A stretch of 64,000 nucleotides of DNA, from positions 1 to 64,000 of the IMG/VR virus record IMGVR_UViG_3300017971_000276. One strand, 5' to 3'. The notes under the pieces are model-generated. The model had not been told where the DNA came from. It ran no database searches and was given only the letters and a program-made list of their open reading frames with translations. The position numbers were made by a program, and so were the translations under genes. Source of the stretch: a virus. The stretch's first letter is position 1; the number at the start of each line of letters is the position of its first letter. Shown piece by piece: positions 15,432 to 24,254 of this stretch.

Positions 15432-17576
15432 ATGTCTGATATTGCTCTGTTTAGAGATTATTATAAGATTGTGAAGCCAAAAGAAGAAGAAGTTACAAAG
15501 TGGAAAGACTCATTAGTCGCTTCGCCAGTTAATAGTTACTCTTCTGCCAGTGCGGCAACAAAAGGTCTTGAGGTTACATTTGAGGCAACCCATGCAGCTT
15601 TGTTTAATGATAATTTAAGATTCTATTTGCCCTCTCGTATGATGGATGGAGTCAGTACTTTTATCAATCGTAAAAAGCCTGCTAAGATTCTTAAGCACCA
15701 TGATTCTCAATCTGATCCTGTTGGTATTATTGTAGGGGCCGAATATATTCCTACAATACCAGAGGGACTAGAGAATGATAAGAACATCCAAATTATGATG
15801 GATAGTTCTAATAGCATTACCAAGCAAGTTGCTGCTGCTAAAAGATTTTTAAGATCTGGAATTCCTTTCTCTGATGGATGGAGAGGACTTGGCTATATCC
15901 AATTAAAGGGCGTTCTTTTAGACGAAAAGGCTATTCAACAAGTCTCTGATGGTTTGTTTGATGCTGTTTCTACTTCTTTCCGCTCTCCTGGACATGCATA
16001 TTGTTCTGAATGCCAACAAAACTGGGCAGCAGATGGTTTTTGTGAACATGAACCAGGAAAGAAATATGGGGACGACGATGATGACAAAGTAATTTGTGCT
16101 GTAGTTCCTGGAGTCCATAATTATGATGAATGTAGTCTTGTTGTTTTTGATGGAGATCCTTTAACTCAAATCTCTATTGGACATCAAGATTCCGTAAAAG
16201 AATTTTCAGTCAATACAAAAGACTGGCAAAACAACTCTGTCGAGGATTCAAATAGCTTTGCGTTCTCATTCAGAGACTATAAGGAGGAAAATACCATGGC
16301 AGACAAAGCAACAGAGGTAATTCTTTCTGATGCTGAACAAGAGGTAATGGCTGCCGTTAAGAAGCTTCGTCCTGAGCTGGATGAGATGCAAGCTACAGAC
16401 ATTGTTAAAAAGCTAGTAGCAATGAAGACTGAGGATGGTTTGTACCCTCATCAAGAGGAAGCTAATCTTAACGCAGAAACTGCTTTTGTTTATGCTCTAG
16501 AAGAGATTGAAACTGCTGATGAAAAAATTGATGCAGATGCTATCTGTGACGAGATGCAAGCAGAATTAAAAGCAATGCTTGAGGAAGAGCTTCTTCCACA
16601 AGAAGAGTATGAGGCTGCTGATGCAAAACTAAGCACAGCTCAACGGAAGAAATTATCTGAGTCTACTTTCTGTGGTCCTGATCGTTCATTCCCAGTTCCT
16701 GATTGTGCTCATGTTACTGCTGCACGTCGTCTTATTGGTCGCTATAAAGGACCAGGTAGTAAAGCTAAAATTCTTTCTTGTGTAAATCGTAAAGCAAAAG
16801 CTCTTGGTTGCGATAGCAAGAAAGATTGTAAATTGCCAGAGGTTAATGAACAGAATGACAAGTTTGAAATTCCTTCATGTGATATGATTGATACTCTCGA
16901 AGATAAAGAGGCGAAAGAATTATTTAACATGATGGAAGCAGAAATGATCAGCCGCAACTTGAAACTTGAAAGACCTTGTGCTAAGTGTGCATCTCATGAA
17001 GATGAAGCAAATAGGTCTAACAAAAAACTAGAGGATGCAGAAGTGAAAATTTCTGGACTAGAGAATACACTGGTTGTTCTGCGTGATGAACTAAGAAATC
17101 AAATCAATGATTATATGTCTTTGGTAGATCAAAATGTAGAACAAGGTGTTCGGCTAGTAGCAGCGCAGAAGGATCATTTGGCTCTTGCTGGTACTGTGTC
17201 TGGTCAGTTTGAAAGTCTTGAAAAAGCTATGGATTCTTTAAAAGAATCTGACATTAAAGAACAACAAACACTTATTCTTAAAGACTTTAATCTTGAGAAT
17301 ATTATGAACAAAATTAACGATGGTATGGCCAATGAGCCAACAGAAGGCGTAGAAGATCCAACAGTGAATAAGGATATTGACAATAACCAACTTCCTGATG
17401 GTCTTTCTCGTACTGCTATAGAGGCAATTGAAAACATGCGTGATTTCATAAAGAAAGGCGACCATGTGCAAGCAAAAAGACTTTATGGTAGTATGGTAAC
17501 GTTGAAAGTAATCGACGAAAAGCTCGTACCATTTGAAAATCTTTCAGCAAAAAACAACGCAGTTGACGCTGAATAG
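15432..17576 (+). CDS. Prohead protease fused to scaffold
   Basis: N-terminal ATH...N...Y, ILKHHD...PVG, AVSTS, CxxC...CxH, ECSLV..D pattern of phage prohead serine proteases. Acidic coiled-coil C-terminal half. Lies between portal and capsid genes. Confidence 0.8.
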   Translation: MSDIALFRDYYKIVKPKEEEVTKWKDSLVASPVNSYSSASAATKGLEVTFEATHAALFNDNLRFYLPSRMMDGVSTFINRKKPAKILKHHDSQSDPVGIIVGAEYIPTIPEGLENDKNIQIMMDSSNSITKQVAAAKRFLRSGIPFSDGWRGLGYIQLKGVLLDEKAIQQVSDGLFDAVSTSFRSPGHAYCSECQQNWAADGFCEHEPGKKYGDDDDDKVICAVVPGVHNYDECSLVVFDGDPLTQISIGHQDSVKEFSVNTKDWQNNSVEDSNSFAFSFRDYKEENTMADKATEVILSDAEQEVMAAVKKLRPELDEMQATDIVKKLVAMKTEDGLYPHQEEANLNAETAFVYALEEIETADEKIDADAICDEMQAELKAMLEEELLPQEEYEAADAKLSTAQRKKLSESTFCGPDRSFPVPDCAHVTAARRLIGRYKGPGSKAKILSCVNRKAKALGCDSKKDCKLPEVNEQNDKFEIPSCDMIDTLEDKEAKELFNMMEAEMISRNLKLERPCAKCASHEDEANRSNKKLEDAEVKISGLENTLVVLRDELRNQINDYMSLVDQNVEQGVRLVAAQKDHLALAGTVSGQFESLEKAMDSLKESDIKEQQTLILKDFNLENIMNKINDGMANEPTEGVEDPTVNKDIDNNQLPDGLSRTAIEAIENMRDFIKKGDHVQAKRLYGSMVTLKVIDEKLVPFENLSAKNNAVDAE
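16296..17576 (+). CDS. Nested in-frame scaffold protein (internal start)
   Basis: AAGGAGG at 16281-16287 followed by in-frame ATG 16296 (MADKATEV) at the protease/scaffold boundary. Confidence 0.65.
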   Translation: MADKATEVILSDAEQEVMAAVKKLRPELDEMQATDIVKKLVAMKTEDGLYPHQEEANLNAETAFVYALEEIETADEKIDADAICDEMQAELKAMLEEELLPQEEYEAADAKLSTAQRKKLSESTFCGPDRSFPVPDCAHVTAARRLIGRYKGPGSKAKILSCVNRKAKALGCDSKKDCKLPEVNEQNDKFEIPSCDMIDTLEDKEAKELFNMMEAEMISRNLKLERPCAKCASHEDEANRSNKKLEDAEVKISGLENTLVVLRDELRNQINDYMSLVDQNVEQGVRLVAAQKDHLALAGTVSGQFESLEKAMDSLKESDIKEQQTLILKDFNLENIMNKINDGMANEPTEGVEDPTVNKDIDNNQLPDGLSRTAIEAIENMRDFIKKGDHVQAKRLYGSMVTLKVIDEKLVPFENLSAKNNAVDAE

Positions 17577-17595
17577 ATAAGGGAGGTAACAAAAG

Positions 17596-19017
17596 ATGAC
17601 TATTCCAAGAGGATATGTTGCAGATCACAAGTTTTGGGACCGTATGGGCCGTATTACGCCTAATGTTGAATGGTCCGAATCTCATCGTCCGCACTTTGAA
17701 AGCATGCCAGCCCCATGGCTCCCCGTGCAACGCAAAGAAGAAGAAATCGAGTATTACATCGTAGTCTCTTCTGGTAAAGTTGTTGCTGAGTCTCGTGAGG
17801 GGCATGTTGTTCCTGCTGGCTTGCGGAAAGCCTGGAATGTAGCAGCTGGGTCTAATACTCTAGCTTATACAGCTACAGACGTAACCGAAGGCACAATTGA
17901 CTTGACAACTGGTGTTGCGGTTACTGGTGCTGTGACTTATACACAGACACAGCTTACAACTGCTCTCCGTCAGCGTGGTCTGATTCGCCACAGCGAGTTT
18001 GCAATGGACTTCATTAGCAAGCCTATTGGATTCGCCTCTTATAACTATTACAAGGCAGCCGGATCTGATCATTTCAATCCAGCCAATCTTTATCAACACA
18101 ACTTCCGTCCACAGGCCTTAGTTGCAGTAACATGTGACTATGTTTCTACATTCCCAGTGCTTCCAGCATTAGCGACTACAGAAACAATGGCCAATGACAA
18201 TACTGGTGGAGCTGCTGCTGCTATGGAGAACTTCTTCAATGGCACTACTACTCCTCGTGTTGCTGGCTGGTTTAATGCGACACAAATTCATGCAGTAGAC
18301 CGTTACGCAAGTGACGTTGCCGCTACTGACAATGTTGTTGCTTACATGTTTGTAAATTATCCAGTGGCTCATATTACAGAAGATAGTCCAATTACTGCTT
18401 CTGTTGCTGGTCTTACTCGTGAAGTTAGCGCAGTGACTGCAATTAGTGCAGCAGGCGATTACTTCATCGATTATGAGATGGGCGTCCTTTTCCTCTATGA
18501 GGCTGGCGGGAATGCTATTCCTTCTCCATGGGCTGTGGGTTCTACTATTACTTATTATCACTATGCCACAACTGGAACAGCAACGAATACAGTAAGCACA
18601 TATGCATGTGCAACTGGCAATCTAGAGTATGGCGATTTCCTAACATACGATAGTAATAGTAACCTTATCAAGGCTACTCTTGATATCGCCAATGCAGAAG
18701 GATACACATCTGCAGGTGCTGTTTATTCAGCAGATCCTGAGTATGATACCAATGCAGATAACGCAGCTGTATCTTCACAACTAGAACAAGCAATTGATAA
18801 TCATATCTTTGGTGTTGTTGGTCAGATCATCGGTACAACAGTATTTGGTGAAGGTCGTCACTCTAAAGATTATTTGGACCGTGTTGCTACTGCTTACCAA
18901 GGACAGACTGCTGCAAACATGCAGACTCCTGGTAGCGCAACTGGTGGACGTACGGACCAGCTAACTTATACAAATGCAGCTGAGCGCATGATCATTGTTA
19001 ACTTGATCTTCCGCTAA
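17596..19017 (+). CDS. Head decoration / minor capsid protein
   Basis: Ala/Thr-rich with a strong RBS, between scaffold and MCP. Contains VVPAG, GDFL..D, VGQI segments. Confidence 0.6.
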   Translation: MTIPRGYVADHKFWDRMGRITPNVEWSESHRPHFESMPAPWLPVQRKEEEIEYYIVVSSGKVVAESREGHVVPAGLRKAWNVAAGSNTLAYTATDVTEGTIDLTTGVAVTGAVTYTQTQLTTALRQRGLIRHSEFAMDFISKPIGFASYNYYKAAGSDHFNPANLYQHNFRPQALVAVTCDYVSTFPVLPALATTETMANDNTGGAAAAMENFFNGTTTPRVAGWFNATQIHAVDRYASDVAATDNVVAYMFVNYPVAHITEDSPITASVAGLTREVSAVTAISAAGDYFIDYEMGVLFLYEAGGNAIPSPWAVGSTITYYHYATTGTATNTVSTYACATGNLEYGDFLTYDSNSNLIKATLDIANAEGYTSAGAVYSADPEYDTNADNAAVSSQLEQAIDNHIFGVVGQIIGTTVFGEGRHSKDYLDRVATAYQGQTAANMQTPGSATGGRTDQLTYTNAAERMIIVNLIFR

Positions 19018-19041
19018 TGCCGAAGAAGGAGGATATTAAAA

Positions 19042-20304
19042 ATGGGTAGAAAGCAAATCGATCATGAAGTAGCCTTCGGCGACAGTTATGAGGTATTTCT
19101 TGATACATGGCTAAGCAATGGATTCAACAAGCCAACACAAACTCAGCTTGAATTCAATGATATTATGGCCACACCAAATGCCGCATATTGGATGCCGAAA
19201 GTAGTCGAAGATATCGTTCGCGAACCTGTTGAGCCTATGCTAATTGTTCCAAGTCTTTTGGATCGGATTCAGTATACCCCAGCAGCACGGATTACCTTCC
19301 CTGCAATTGGAGCCTTAGTGGCTTACGATCTGGGCGAAGGCCAATCATATCCCGAACAGCAGCTGAATGTAGCACCTGGTTCTATCACTATTAATGTGGG
19401 AAAAACTGGTGTTGCCTTCAAGATTACTGAAGAGATGAGAAAGTATTCTCAGTTTGACGTAATCAATATGCACATCCGTGCAGCTCGTCGGGCTCTTGAT
19501 CGTCATAAAGAACAAAAAGGTATGAATTACATTACCTCTATGGGTGTTACTTTGTTTGACAATCTAACTCCAACAAGTTCTGTTTATGGGACATGCACAG
19601 GTCGCTCTATTACAGGTTCTGGTAACGGTTCTTGTCGCATGGAAGATCTTCTAAAAGCATATGCACATATTATGATGCAGGGTTATACCCCTGACACCAT
19701 TCTAATGCATCCCCTCACATGGTCTATGTGGATGGCTGATCCTCTGCTTCAAACCATCGTGAAGAATACTGGTAATGGTTCTTGGTTCCAACCACACAAT
19801 ATACCGAAGTCTGGTCTGCCATGGGCAAATGCTTCGCAGAACAAGATGGGTATTAGTAGTGGATATGGACAGTTTACTCCAACTGGGAATGCAGGGTCTG
19901 AGACTCCTAGTACTGTTTCTGAAATTGATCAGAATCTAAATTCTGCCCCAGTAATTCCAAGTTACTTCCCACATCCATTACGTGTACTCGTTAGCCCCTT
20001 CGTTCCATTTAATGTGCACAATAACACTTGTGACATGATGATCTTTGATTCTCAGAATCTTGGCGCTCTCGTTGTTGATGAGGACGTTAGTATGGATCAA
20101 TGGGAAGACATGGCTACTGATATCACAAAAGTGAAGCTGAAAGAACGTTATGCATTCGCTATTTATGAAGATGGTCTGGCCATCGGTGTTCTTAAGAACA
20201 TCCCAGTTAAAGCAAATGAGATTGCTCTACCCGTTAGTGCAACTATTTCTGCTGCTGGTTCACTCGATGATATCGATACCACAACTGCTATCAGCGGACT
20301 ATAA
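19042..20304 (+). CDS. Major capsid protein (HK97 fold)
   Basis: MPKVV..IVRE, GEGQSYPE, KTG..FKITEEM, PDTILMHP, KLKERY. Strong AGGAGG RBS and a downstream terminator. Confidence 0.9.
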   Translation: MGRKQIDHEVAFGDSYEVFLDTWLSNGFNKPTQTQLEFNDIMATPNAAYWMPKVVEDIVREPVEPMLIVPSLLDRIQYTPAARITFPAIGALVAYDLGEGQSYPEQQLNVAPGSITINVGKTGVAFKITEEMRKYSQFDVINMHIRAARRALDRHKEQKGMNYITSMGVTLFDNLTPTSSVYGTCTGRSITGSGNGSCRMEDLLKAYAHIMMQGYTPDTILMHPLTWSMWMADPLLQTIVKNTGNGSWFQPHNIPKSGLPWANASQNKMGISSGYGQFTPTGNAGSETPSTVSEIDQNLNSAPVIPSYFPHPLRVLVSPFVPFNVHNNTCDMMIFDSQNLGALVVDEDVSMDQWEDMATDITKVKLKERYAFAIYEDGLAIGVLKNIPVKANEIALPVSATISAAGSLDDIDTTTAISGL

Positions 20305-20331
20305 TTCGTAGCGTCGTTATGACGTAGCATC

Positions 20332-20377
20332 GAAAGGGAGGAGGAGCGGTCGGTCTCCTTCTCCCTTTCTTCTTTCT
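20332..20377 (+). terminator. Rho-independent terminator after MCP
   Basis: Stem GAAAGGGAGGAGGAG (20332-46) pairs with CTCCTTCTCCCTTTC (20355-69), one G-U pair, followed by TTCTTTCT. Confidence 0.8.
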
Positions 20378-20394
20378 AACCAAGGAGTAGAGCT

Positions 20395-20928
20395 ATGAAG
20401 CTCGTTAAGATTAAGCTGAGTGAAAGTCCTTTCTGGTTTCTTGGGAAGGCTATAAAGCTCAATCGTTCAAAGCCATTTAGCGATCTTATTAATGTTGATT
20501 CTCTGTCTGATGAAGACAAAAAAATTATTGATAAGTCTATCTCTAGATGTGAGATTAAGCTTTTTGATTCAGAGGGGAATAGAATTCCTTCTTTGGAAGA
20601 GGCTGGCTATATTAGGGGAGAATTTTCTGTCAGTCTAGAAGATATTAAAGAAGATCAATCCGACACTGTTCCTGAAGTTTTTTCTGTTACTGTTGGTAAT
20701 GATGACGAAGACGAAGAAGATGAGATTCTAGAACCTACAGAAACAGACTATGAAAATGCAGAATTAATTCTGAGTAAGAATGGGAATACAGTAAAGAAAA
20801 TTATCAAAGAGACTTCTGACTCTGAAGAGGGTTTGTCCTTATTGCATGCATGCTTAACTATTGAAAAACAAAATAAGAATAGGATTGGGATTATTAATTC
20901 TATTGAACAAAGGATTATGGAGTTTTAA
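20395..20928 (+). CDS. Hypothetical protein
   Basis: AAGGAG RBS, acidic linker, C-terminal E..K..NRxxII helical motif often seen in genes following MCP. Confidence 0.6.
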   Translation: MKLVKIKLSESPFWFLGKAIKLNRSKPFSDLINVDSLSDEDKKIIDKSISRCEIKLFDSEGNRIPSLEEAGYIRGEFSVSLEDIKEDQSDTVPEVFSVTVGNDDEDEEDEILEPTETDYENAELILSKNGNTVKKIIKETSDSEEGLSLLHACLTIEKQNKNRIGIINSIEQRIMEF

Positions 20929-20929
20929 G

Positions 20930-21184
20930 ATGAAGGATGTTGATGTTAATAGTAGAGAATTTCGTGCGAAGTTAGAGCTTGAAGACACTGGAGAAATCAC
21001 ATTAAAAGTCACAGAAGAATTAATTTCTAAACTTCGTGCCTTGGCCAAGCAGCAAAAAGCAGAAAGTTCTGCTGAAAAATTTGCTGAGATTTTAGGCAAT
21101 GGAGGCAAGGATACTCCGGAGGCTTTTGTAGAAGAAGCAAAAATTAATTCAATTGCAGACACTCTAGAGATTGAGGAGGAGTAA
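20930..21184 (+). CDS. Hypothetical protein
   Basis: ATG 20930 directly after the previous stop, in frame with track ORF 20861..21184. Confidence 0.5.
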   Translation: MKDVDVNSREFRAKLELEDTGEITLKVTEELISKLRALAKQQKAESSAEKFAEILGNGGKDTPEAFVEEAKINSIADTLEIEEE

Positions 21185-21189
21185 TTTAG

Positions 21190-22989
21190 ATGGCCACAGT
21201 TCCAAGTGTAGTCAATGTTTATCCGGCTAATGGTGCTGTAGGCATCCCTATTGGCGACCAAATTACAGTTACATTTGACCAGGAGATGGATGAAGATTCC
21301 ATTAACACTGGTACGTTTGTTCTTACTGGTCCAGATCAAGGTGTCTTCTTTGGTGGGGAATTAAATCCATTTGAAGAGCCTGGTCTTAATGCTGATGATA
21401 TTTTAGACTCTCCGTATTTTGGAGGGTTTGTAAAATGCACTGTTTCTTTCTCAAGAGTTGATGCTTCTGGTTCTCCTGTTGCAGACACTGAAGTTGACTA
21501 TACTGGAGCGGGCAACCTTTGGCGTACGGTTGCTACTTTGACACCTGAAGCTCCTCTAGCCTCTAATAAGCAATATTCTGCTATCCTTGCTGGAGATGAA
21601 GATCCTACAAATGCTTTTGATAGTGGAGTTCGAACAAGAACAGTTTTTGATCCAAATCCAGTTTCTGTAACTGGCACTGGTGTAATTTATACTGGTGGAG
21701 GCTATACAGGAACGATTCAAAAAACCTACACTGTAGAGATAGTAACAGGAGGACAAACAGGTAATGCTACTTATCAGTGGTGGGATAATTCTGATCCTTT
21801 AACTTTATATAGTGGTATTACTGTTACGGGCCGTCGAGAGCTTGATAATGGGATGTACATTACTTGTGATCCTGATGGTACTTTTGTATCTGGAGACAGG
21901 TGGACAATTGTTTGCATCCCCTTCTTCTCTCTGTTAAATACTTACAGATGGACATTCTCTACGGGTAGTGGGGCTATTGCTACTCCTCCCTCAACATCTA
22001 GTACAAGTGGCATCCAAGAGCTTGCAGCAAGCGCTACAGCTTCAACTTTATCTATAGACTCCGTAGACCCAACAGGTGGAGAGTATGGAGTCGCTATCTC
22101 TACAGATCCTTATGTTGGAGAAAGAATTACAGTTACATTTGATGATACTTATCCTATCAATGCTTCTACTTTAGTGAATGCTGTAAGTATTGAATCTAAG
22201 CCAGCAACAGGCGTGGATGATCTTACTTCTATTACCTATACTGGGGATTTAAGTTTCACAACTTCTTTAGTTGGAGACAATGTGTTAAGAATTGATTTGG
22301 ATCCTGGTCAGCTTTATCAAAACAATATAGTTATTGTTACTCTTGATGAAACTATTGCTAATACCCAAGGTACAACTTTGGGGTCTGACTATATTACTTA
22401 TTTTGCAACAACCTATACTCCAATATACACAACTCTTAGAAGGATCCGTCTTGATCTTGGTCCTTTATTAGTTAATGTACCAGATGAGACTATTATGCTT
22501 GCAATTCTAGAAGCTTCATTAATGGTTGATGCTATCTCATTTGTATCAACAACTGATAATGCTAACTTCTTAAATATGGCCAAGCGTGAATATGCTACAT
22601 GTCTTGCAGAGCTTATGCTTGTTAACGGGATAGCATCTGATACTAATTCTTCTGATCGGATGAGTAAAACTCTTGGAGATCTTAATGTCTCTAGATCTGG
22701 TGGTGGAGGTAGTCTATCAGACGCTCAAGATAGACTGAATGGTTGTATAGAATATTGGAAAGTAGCAGTTCAAACAGGAGGAGAAATTGCTCCTGATACT
22801 TCCTTAAAACCAGGTTCTACTGTCAAAGGGGCAAATGCAGAAGATGCTATTGCTGTTGGCAGACAATGGGAGGCTACTTCAGGCCTTGGCTATTATCGGC
22901 CATCAACAAATACTTCTGTTAGAGGTAGCAGCTCTCGAAGAGCACTTAAGACATGGAGACATAAAAACTCTTGGAGGACTAACGACTAA
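21190..22989 (+). CDS. Ig-like (Big_5-type) domain virion protein with C-terminal head-tail adaptor-like region
   Basis: VVNVYPANGA..IP....ITVTFDQEMD..SI and a second ITVTFD copy are Ig-like. C-terminal helical region ends with SKTLGDLNVS. Confidence 0.65.
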   Translation: MATVPSVVNVYPANGAVGIPIGDQITVTFDQEMDEDSINTGTFVLTGPDQGVFFGGELNPFEEPGLNADDILDSPYFGGFVKCTVSFSRVDASGSPVADTEVDYTGAGNLWRTVATLTPEAPLASNKQYSAILAGDEDPTNAFDSGVRTRTVFDPNPVSVTGTGVIYTGGGYTGTIQKTYTVEIVTGGQTGNATYQWWDNSDPLTLYSGITVTGRRELDNGMYITCDPDGTFVSGDRWTIVCIPFFSLLNTYRWTFSTGSGAIATPPSTSSTSGIQELAASATASTLSIDSVDPTGGEYGVAISTDPYVGERITVTFDDTYPINASTLVNAVSIESKPATGVDDLTSITYTGDLSFTTSLVGDNVLRIDLDPGQLYQNNIVIVTLDETIANTQGTTLGSDYITYFATTYTPIYTTLRRIRLDLGPLLVNVPDETIMLAILEASLMVDAISFVSTTDNANFLNMAKREYATCLAELMLVNGIASDTNSSDRMSKTLGDLNVSRSGGGGSLSDAQDRLNGCIEYWKVAVQTGGEIAPDTSLKPGSTVKGANAEDAIAVGRQWEATSGLGYYRPSTNTSVRGSSSRRALKTWRHKNSWRTND

Positions 22990-23558
22990 TGGCTGGCACA
23001 AATCCATATACAAGTCTTTATCCAACAACTCTTTCTGGCAAAGAACTTGATTTGAGGACAGAGATGCATCGTACGCTATATGGAGCTATAGATGAAGAAC
23101 CCAAAGGACGTTTAGGACTTTTGCGACGAATGCGTAGAGATTCAAATGGAGACCTTGTTCGTTGTCCCTGTCGAGATAATATTACTGACGAACCTGACAA
23201 AGATTATTATTGCAGGTATTGTCTAGGTATGGGCTATTTTTGGGACGAAGCCAAAATAGTGTATTATAGAAATGATGATTCTTTTCGCAAACGTGAAGGG
23301 AAAAATCAAGAATTTGAAGGCGATGACTTCTTCTTGGAATATGATGTTGTTATTGCGCCGGAAGATTATATTGTTACAGTTGATTTGGATTCTGAGGGGA
23401 AGCCTACTCTTCCTGTAACAAGAAGTAAAATGTTTAAAATTTTAAGTGCTGATCCTTTTAGGTCAGATAATGGTAGAATAGAGTTCTGGAGAGTTCGCGC
23501 TGTAGAAGAACGTAAATGGAGTATTTGGTATGACGTCAAGAATAGACAACATAACTAG
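22989..23558 (+). CDS. Putative head-closure/neck protein
   Basis: CPC...CxxCxGxGY motif and neck position. Confidence 0.5.
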   Translation: MAGTNPYTSLYPTTLSGKELDLRTEMHRTLYGAIDEEPKGRLGLLRRMRRDSNGDLVRCPCRDNITDEPDKDYYCRYCLGMGYFWDEAKIVYYRNDDSFRKREGKNQEFEGDDFFLEYDVVIAPEDYIVTVDLDSEGKPTLPVTRSKMFKILSADPFRSDNGRIEFWRVRAVEERKWSIWYDVKNRQHN

Positions 23559-24243
23559 AGTCACCTCCTCAGAGGCAGTGGATATTCGAGTCAGACTTAA
23601 TGAGTCTGAAATCCAGTCTCTTGTGAATAGGTATCTAGAAAGTGTCGACACTGGCAAAAGGACTCCAGTTTCTGGTGCGGAACTATCTGATTTTTTTGAG
23701 TTGGTACAAAATTCTGTTGTCTCAAAACAAAGACAAGAAGGGGTATTAGACGATAAACTTATTTTAGTTGTTGAAGATGATCCTCCAGAGACAGTAGACA
23801 CAGAAGCAATAACATTCTATTTGAAGACTAGAGTTCCTGGTAAATTTGACCAAGGGCCTTCAGGAGCAGGTAGGATTAAAGAAGTAACTCCTCATAGGAG
23901 AGCAATTATTGACCACCCTGAAGCTCCTGGTCAAAAACTTGTGACTATGGGAAGATATTATGACAATTGGGTTACTTTTAATGTTTTCGCTCGAACCAAT
24001 AAAGTAGCAAGAGAAAGATTGCTTTGGTTTGAGAGAATGATGGATATTTATAATTGGTATTTCCGTCTCTATGGTTTCCGGGTTATTGAAGAAGGAGTTG
24101 GAAGCAGAGAGAAGGTAAAGATAGATGAACTTGTGGTAACAAAATACCCCATCACCTATATGGTGAGAACAGATGATACGTTCCATTTTAGCACTCAAGA
24201 ATTAAGACAAATTCTTATTGATCTGGAACTATCTACTAATTAG
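23530..24243 (+). CDS. Putative tail terminator/neck protein
   Basis: Directly upstream of the sheath gene. VTFNVFART..A segment. Confidence 0.5.
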   Translation: MTSRIDNITRVTSSEAVDIRVRLNESEIQSLVNRYLESVDTGKRTPVSGAELSDFFELVQNSVVSKQRQEGVLDDKLILVVEDDPPETVDTEAITFYLKTRVPGKFDQGPSGAGRIKEVTPHRRAIIDHPEAPGQKLVTMGRYYDNWVTFNVFARTNKVARERLLWFERMMDIYNWYFRLYGFRVIEEGVGSREKVKIDELVVTKYPITYMVRTDDTFHFSTQELRQILIDLELSTN

Positions 24244-24254
24244 GAGGGTTCGTA

